From Ktedonobacterales bacterium (GTDB taxonomy: Bacteria > Chloroflexota > Ktedonobacteria > Ktedonobacterales > JADMIN01), in assembly GCA_030167145.1 (NCBI GenBank), contig CP126532.1, forward strand, positions 3,570,001-3,602,000: a DNA stretch of 32,000 nt. The letters are read 5' to 3'. Below, piece by piece: positions 27,875-32,000 of the stretch; position 1 is the stretch's first letter, and every line of letters begins with the position of its first letter. Under the pieces are notes generated by a model that searched no databases, had not been told where the DNA came from, and saw only the letters and a program-made list of their open reading frames with translations. Made by a program: the position numbers and the translations under genes.

Positions 27875-27940
27875 GCGTGGCGTGTATGTTGCACGCATCT
27901 TTCACGTCGTATGGGTTAGTAGCAGGAGATGGGAATCGGC

Positions 27941-28714
27941 ATGCGTACACCCTCCATGGTCGAGCGCTTCATCGCGGAAGTGCTGGGAACATTCTTACTG
28001 GTCTTTATCGGCGGCGGCGCGGCGGCTGTCACCACGCTGCTGCTGCATGGCTCGGCGGCCATCACCGCGCTGCAGTTGCACAGTCGCATCCTCAACGAAC
28101 TCCTCACGCCTGCGGGTCTGGTGTTGATCGCCCTTGCCCACGGCCTCGCCCTCTTCATCATTGTGCTTATCGTGGGTCGTGTCTCTGGCGCGCACGTCAA
28201 CCCCTCCATCACCTTTGGGCTGGCAGTCACCGGACGTTTCCCGTGGGAAGAAGTGCCCGCATACATCATCGGCCAGGTGCTCGGCGCAATCCTCGGCGCG
28301 GTGATGACCGCCATCACCTATGGCCGTCTCGCTTCCACCATCGGCAAGCTCGGAGCGCCCTCACTCTCCTCCGGCACGAGTCTGTTGCAAGGGCTGGTCA
28401 TCGAGGGCGTTGGCGCGGGCATCCTGATGCTTGCCATCATCTCCACCGCTATTGATACCCGCTCCCCCGCTGGCTGGGCTGGCCTCACCATCGGCCTCGC
28501 CCTCGGCGCGATCATCATGGTCATCGGCCCCGCCACCGGCGCGGCAGTCAACCCCGCGCGCGCCTTCGGCCCTGATTTTGTCAACATCTTCTTTGGTGTC
28601 TCCACCGACTGGGCCGCCTTCGTCATCTGCTATCTGATCGGCCCGCTGATAGGCGCGACGGCCGCCGCCTTCCTCTATGGCTATATGTCGCGCCTGCCCC
28701 GCACGCGCCGCTAA
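27941..28714 (+). CDS. MIP-family channel (aquaporin/aquaglyceroporin) with an NPS/NPA motif pair
   Basis: SGAHVNPSITFGLAV (first motif is NPS, not NPA) and GAAVNPARAFGP, with 6 TM segments. AGGAG at 27924-27928 abuts the first ATG (27929), so the ATG at 27941 is the better-spaced start. Confidence 0.92.
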   Translation: MRTPSMVERFIAEVLGTFLLVFIGGGAAAVTTLLLHGSAAITALQLHSRILNELLTPAGLVLIALAHGLALFIIVLIVGRVSGAHVNPSITFGLAVTGRFPWEEVPAYIIGQVLGAILGAVMTAITYGRLASTIGKLGAPSLSSGTSLLQGLVIEGVGAGILMLAIISTAIDTRSPAGWAGLTIGLALGAIIMVIGPATGAAVNPARAFGPDFVNIFFGVSTDWAAFVICYLIGPLIGATAAAFLYGYMSRLPRTRR

Positions 28715-28740
28715 CCCTACACCCACTGCGCCTCGCTTTC

Positions 28741-28774
28741 TTGCCCCGGTATTCTACCGAGAATGCCGGGGCAA
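28741..28774. terminator. 15-bp stem hairpin between convergent genes (TTGCCCCGGTATTCT-accg-AGAATGCCGGGGCAA, one G-U pair)
   Basis: Read directly from the sequence. It sits between the MIP stop (28714) and the stop of the minus-strand membrane gene (28807). There is no strong U-tract on either side. Confidence 0.55.
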
Positions 28775-28806
28775 TCCTCTCCAATCGCCGCGTGTACCCA
28801 AGCCGT

Positions 28807-29235
28807 TCACGCCGTCGCGTGGCGTTGACGGCTCACATCAGCCTGGCGCGCCTTCGCCCACTCTAGCAGACCCGCCAGCCCGATCATCAGCAGCCCGACG
28901 ACGAAATAGGCCGCCTGCACCCAAATCGCCAGGCCGATCATCGCGATCTCCACCACCATCCAGCCCACCATGATACAGCCAGCCGCCGCCGACGCCAGCG
29001 ATTCCAGACTTCGCGGCCCGAACAGCGCGATTGCTGCGGCCACCAGCGCACTGCCTCCCACGACGATGCCCAGGAGCAGCGCCGGGACAGTGAAGTCCGC
29101 GAACGGCGTCCCACTCAACACACTGAGCGGGATGTCCATGAACCCGACGACTAGCCCAATGGCGCCCACGATGGCGCTCACCGCAGCAAACAGATCCACG
29201 ACTACGAGCGCGATCCGTATGACACTCTCTCGCAT
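28807..29235 (-). CDS. Hypothetical integral membrane protein (4 TM helices)
   Basis: AAAGGAGGG lies 6 nt upstream of the ATG at 29235. There are four long hydrophobic segments. Confidence 0.75.
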   Translation of the reverse strand: MRESVIRIALVVVDLFAAVSAIVGAIGLVVGFMDIPLSVLSGTPFADFTVPALLLGIVVGGSALVAAAIALFGPRSLESLASAAAGCIMVGWMVVEIAMIGLAIWVQAAYFVVGLLMIGLAGLLEWAKARQADVSRQRHATA

Positions 29236-29341
29236 CGTGACACCCTCCTTTCAATGGAGTGGCTCCCCGACCGTGATTCCTTCCAGGATACGAGTGTAGG
29301 CTCAGGCCATCACGCGACTGACACGACAGCGCATGCCCATC

Positions 29342-29377
29342 TCGCACGTTGGTCACGCGGAGGTCGCACGTTGGTCA
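29342..29377. repeat. 14-bp exact direct repeat TCGCACGTTGGTCA x2, with starts 22 bp apart
   Basis: Copies at 29342-29355 and 29364-29377, inside a 410-bp divergent intergenic region. Confidence 0.85.
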
Positions 29378-29563
29378 TAGGCAACATGCTTCCCATGAGG
29401 GCCTCTCGCTTCACCCACGTCTCTCCCAACCTTGCGACTGCGGCTTGCGCGGCCATAGACCATCCGCAGGGCCACATGGTACGCACCCTTTGCGCGGTTT
29501 GAACCATCTGATCTACACACGCCCCACGCGAATGGGACCACCCGGCGGGATGGGCTAGAGTAG

Positions 29564-29592
29564 TTGCCAGGCAGGGACGAATGCTGTAGAAT
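29564..29592 (+). promoter_or_regulatory. Near-consensus sigma70-type promoter TTGCCA-N17-TAGAAT
   Basis: The -35 is at 29564-29569 and the -10 at 29587-29592. It lies 54 nt upstream of the GTG at 29646, which has GAGGAGG (29631-29637) at good spacing. Confidence 0.55.
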
Positions 29593-29645
29593 CTGGCGGC
29601 GAAGCGGCGCAAGCGCGTGAGCCGTGTCTGCGAGGAGGCTGATCT

Positions 29646-30602
29646 GTGGGTACGGATGGGGTAGAGCGCGAAGGCGAGACGAGGCACGTTGCAACGGCCA
29701 CCACGTCACATGCCGGCGTACCGGCGGCTGCCAGGGCCACCTGGGATTCTCGCCTCTACAGTGGGCTGGCAATACCTGGGGTCGCGCTTGAGGTGCGCTC
29801 TCAGCTTGCCGCCACGCTCGGCGAGGCCGGCGTTGAGGCGGAATACCTCTTCCTGCTGGCGCAGAGTTTCCCCGGAGCCGCCCCCTATACCCGCGAACGC
29901 GGCGAGGTCTTCCTGCGGCGGCTCGAAGCGGCGGCATTGCGGCTGCAACGGGTGGCAAGCGCCGTCGAAATCGCGACACAAAGCTATCTCGCCGCGCTCG
30001 AAACGACCTACCGCGAAGTGCGCGCCGCCAGCGGCGACACGGATGTCTGGTGGCCGCCAGCCATTTCCATGGGATTACGCGGCGAGCCGCTGGAGTTGCG
30101 TCTGCGGCGCTGCGGATTCGCCTACCGCCATGTCGTCGCCACGCATCTGGCCACGCATCTCGAAGCCGTGATCGAACAGATGGAACTGCTGTTACACGCG
30201 CTCAACACCTTGCCGCCAGCAGGGGTGATCCCCGTGACCGCCCTGTACCAGGGCTTGTACGAATTGGCGTTTTCGTTGCAGGGCTATGTCATCCCCCGTC
30301 ACGTGCTCGATCCCGATCCGCACACACCCGGCTTGCTCAGCGGCGTCCAGCAGCTACGGGCGCTGACGGCCAGCGACGACACCTCCATCGAAAGTGACAT
30401 TGCCTGGGTCAAGGCCCAATATGCCGCGACACGGGCAATCCATACCGACTCCGGGTATCTCCCGGTCATGCGCGGCGATGTCTCCGTAGCGGCGGGAGCA
30501 TGGGGCCAGGGCCGGCTGACTGCCCTGCGCGACTGGCAAGATACGCTCGCGGCGCTTGAATCCTTGCACGCCGGTTCGACCACTCAGCCTGGCCAGCGAT
30601 AG
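29646..30602 (+). CDS. Hypothetical protein, 318 aa, predicted all-alpha, no recognised motif
   Basis: The ORF has a GTG start supported by the GAGGAGG RBS and the promoter above. There is no in-frame ATG near the 5' end. Composition looks protein-like (ALEVRSQLAATLGEAGVEAEYLFLLAQSF...HLATHLEAVIEQMELLLHAL). Confidence 0.75.
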   Translation: MGTDGVEREGETRHVATATTSHAGVPAAARATWDSRLYSGLAIPGVALEVRSQLAATLGEAGVEAEYLFLLAQSFPGAAPYTRERGEVFLRRLEAAALRLQRVASAVEIATQSYLAALETTYREVRAASGDTDVWWPPAISMGLRGEPLELRLRRCGFAYRHVVATHLATHLEAVIEQMELLLHALNTLPPAGVIPVTALYQGLYELAFSLQGYVIPRHVLDPDPHTPGLLSGVQQLRALTASDDTSIESDIAWVKAQYAATRAIHTDSGYLPVMRGDVSVAAGAWGQGRLTALRDWQDTLAALESLHAGSTTQPGQR

Positions 30603-30607
30603 CTTTC

Positions 30608-30676
30608 TGTGGCATTCTTTGCCACACTGCATGGTGTGGCATCACACCACATTGTAATTTGCCGCGCCACATGTGG
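30608..30676. repeat. Three consecutive palindromes built from TGTGG/CCACA half-sites
   Basis: TGTGGCA-ttctt-TGCCACA (30608-30626), GGTGTG-gcat-CACACC (30633-30648) and CCACATGTGG (30667-30676). Confidence 0.85.
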
Positions 30677-30738
30677 AAAATCCAGTACAACCTGGCCAAA
30701 TCCATCACATATTGAGTAGCGAGATATTGCATTCCAAG

Positions 30739-30767
30739 TAGGCACGGGCCTGTGGGTGTGGTATAGT
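30739..30767 (+). promoter_or_regulatory. Promoter-like element TAGGCA-N17-TATAGT with a TG extension
   Basis: The -35-like TAGGCA is at 30739-30744. TGgTATAGT ends at 30767. It is embedded between GTAGGCA (30738-30744) and its inverted copy TGCCTAC (30768-30774), 143 nt upstream of the ATG at 30910. Confidence 0.4.
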
Positions 30768-30814
30768 TGCCTACATACGCTCTACCGCACATCTCCTCTT
30801 CAGGGGAGTCTCAG

Positions 30815-30875
30815 TGTGCTGAGTAATCAGTGTACTGTTGCTGTGCTGTTGTTGTGCTGTGTCCATTGTGCTGTG
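30815..30875 (+). repeat. GT-skewed tract with TGTGCTG x4, including exact 10-mer TTGTGCTGTG x2
   Basis: TGTGCTG starts at 30815, 30842, 30853 and 30867. TTGTGCTGTG is at 30852-30861 and 30866-30875. Confidence 0.85.
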
Positions 30876-30909
30876 GTTTCGGGGATGTCAGGTGTCGAGG
30901 TGCAACCAC

Positions 30910-32000
30910 ATGGATCATTATGGCTTCGTTGATCGTACTCAGCCACTCTCTGGCTCGCCTTCGCGAAAAGCAAGTGAACCGCCAAATCTCGCGCGCTATT
31001 CCAGCGCGCCCAGATACGACCTATCTATGATGGTTCAACTGCTGGGGGTGCGCCCAGTGGTGCTGGTGAACTGGGAGCAACAATATGGCATCCCATCGCC
31101 AACAAAAGTGCGTGATGATACGGGCGGTATCGTCCGCCACTATTCCGAACGCGATCTGGCGGCGATGACCTGGCTGCGCGATCAGCTAACGGACGGCATG
31201 CTGCTCGCCGACGCGATGGCACAGTTGGTGTCCGCGCAACAGCCGCCCGCTGTGGCGCGTCCCACGGCGGGCACACGCCCGCTGGGCGATCATCTGAGCG
31301 GGGCGCTCGGCCCTTCAGCGGCATCGCAGCCCCACTTGCCGGATCTGTACCCCATGCGCGGCCAGGGCGGCACCGGCGCCCTGACACAATCCGGCGCCAC
31401 GACCGGCAGCCTGTACGGGCGCGCACGCGAACCACGCCTCTTGATGCAAGAACTGGTGCGCGCCTTCGTCACCTTCGATACCACGACCGCGCATCGCCTG
31501 GTGAGCGAGGCATTGGGCGCGCGCAACGCCGAAACCGTCTGCATGAGCCTGCTGCTGCCCGCCCTCCAGCGCGTCAGCGAGATGTGGGCCAGGCGCGAGG
31601 CCAGTCCGCCGGAAGAGCGGTTCGCGCAGAACTATGTACGCGGCTTCCTCTTTGCCGAGTTCCATCACACCTTTGAGTCGCCGCACGGGCCAACAGTCTT
31701 CGTCACGTGCGCCCCGCGCGAGTTCTCGGATATCAGCGCATTGACGCTGGCAATGTTCTGGCGTAAAGCGGGCCTGCGGGTCATTTATCTGGGGCAAGAC
31801 GCCGACGCGCCAAGCCTGGTGGAAGAAGTGCGCAAGCGCCGGCCCGCGCTCGTGGCGCTGGCGGCCACCTCCGCACAGCGCGTGCGTACACTGGGCCGGA
31901 TCGCGCGTGAGGTCAGCCAGATCGAGGCGCCACGCCCCATCTTTGGGTTCTACGGCCCGATGTTCGTCCGCAATCCAGAACTCAAACGCAAGGTAGGTGG
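30910..32000 (+). CDS. MerR-family HTH regulator fused to a CarH/LitR-type B12-binding-like module (3' end outside the window)
   Basis: Not in the ORF track because there is no stop inside the window. My hand translation is open from 30823 to 32000. HTH: RYDLSMMVQLLGVRPVVLVNWEQQYGIPSP...RHYSERDLAAM. Four-helix-bundle-like segment: EMW-x9-ER. Rossmann-like segment: VFVTCAPREFSDISALTLAMFWRKAGLRVIYLGQD...PALVALAATS. The ATG at 30910 has GAGG 9 nt upstream. The ATG at 31027 would truncate the first HTH helix. Confidence 0.8.
   Translation, partial: MDHYGFVDRTQPLSGSPSRKASEPPNLARYSSAPRYDLSMMVQLLGVRPVVLVNWEQQYGIPSPTKVRDDTGGIVRHYSERDLAAMTWLRDQLTDGMLLADAMAQLVSAQQPPAVARPTAGTRPLGDHLSGALGPSAASQPHLPDLYPMRGQGGTGALTQSGATTGSLYGRAREPRLLMQELVRAFVTFDTTTAHRLVSEALGARNAETVCMSLLLPALQRVSEMWARREASPPEERFAQNYVRGFLFAEFHHTFESPHGPTVFVTCAPREFSDISALTLAMFWRKAGLRVIYLGQDADAPSLVEEVRKRRPALVALAATSAQRVRTLGRIAREVSQIEAPRPIFGFYGPMFVRNPELKRKVG

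Noticed and set aside
29254-29502. 82-aa plus-strand ORF in the 410-bp intergenic region, which would translate through the 14-bp direct repeats
   Set aside because: It has no RBS, because its ATG sits within the reverse complement of the neighbouring gene's RBS. Its His/Thr/Arg-rich composition is unlike the real proteins here.
30830-31030. 66-aa Cys-rich ORF (MYCCCAVVVLCPLCCGFGDVRCRG...) whose TGA overlaps ATG 31027 in an ATGA arrangement. This suggests a small Cys-rich peptide coupled to a shorter MerR gene.
   Set aside because: The Cys richness is a by-product of the TGT/TGC-rich GT tract. Starting the regulator at 31027 would delete the first HTH helix, whereas the upstream frame supplies RYDLSMMVQLLGV, matching the MerR consensus Y-x-I-x-E-x-A-x-LLGV. 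So the other frame is the coding one here. I kept only a residual possibility.
31025-31797. Minus-strand ORFs 31025-31435, 31290-31544 and 31315-31797
   Set aside because: They are antisense to the MerR/B12-like CDS, which has clear domain motifs. They are Arg/Ala/Pro-rich with no signals.
1-32000. Search for tRNA/rRNA genes, CRISPR arrays, transposases, integrases, and long terminal or inverted repeats
   Set aside because: I saw no T-loop/cloverleaf candidates outside coding regions, no repeat-spacer arrays, no DDE or tyrosine-recombinase motifs in any frame of the track, and no long repeats. A computational scan (tRNAscan-SE, Infernal/Rfam, ISEScan) would be needed to be certain.

Overview
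High-GC (about two-thirds G+C by eye), gene-dense bacterial chromosomal window. RBS usage is strongly GGAGG-like and several genes overlap by 4 nt (ATGA). The gene content (XRE-NB-ARC-TPR regulator, DUF5666-like lipoprotein, split MacB-type efflux genes) looks Chloroflexota- or Actinobacteria-like, but I cannot assign taxonomy from sequence alone. I support about 29 coding regions. Plus-strand or isolated genes: a CFA-synthase-family methyltransferase, a blue-copper lipoprotein, an FMN-dependent alpha-hydroxy-acid oxidase, a NarL/LuxR-type response regulator with a polytopic HisKA_3 kinase, a class II aldolase, a nucleotidyltransferase-fold protein, a MOCOS/NifS-like PLP enzyme, an Imm5-like protein, an ECF sigma/anti-sigma pair, a DHA2 MFS exporter, a large HTH-NB-ARC-TPR STAND regulator, a RibD_C/DHFR-family protein and an MIP channel. 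One long minus-strand array (6934-15331) encodes a HlyD-like adaptor, a MacB-type ATPase and permease, an OmpR-type regulator, a kinase, a DUF5666-like lipoprotein and two unknowns. I found no rRNA, tRNA, CRISPR array, transposase or integrase. Most interesting region: the 3' end (29.2-32.0 kb). It holds an orphan 318-aa gene with a near-consensus promoter. Next comes an AT-rich, GT-skewed spacer packed with TGTGG/CCACA palindromes and TGTGCTG repeats. After that is a CDS missing from the supplied ORF track because it runs off the window. This CDS encodes a MerR HTH fused to a CarH/LitR-type B12-binding-like module, and both signature histidines of that module are replaced. Other items worth a second look: a promoter plus structured leader plus intrinsic terminator unit upstream of an untracked 46-aa membrane ORF (3.1-3.55 kb); a nested internal start in the nucleotidyltransferase ORF; an exact 11-bp tandem repeat just upstream of the efflux operon; shared FGG/RGG low-complexity segments in two envelope proteins; and a lower-GC patch containing a YwqG/DUF1963-like gene remnant. 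All functional calls rest on motif recognition by eye, with no database search.
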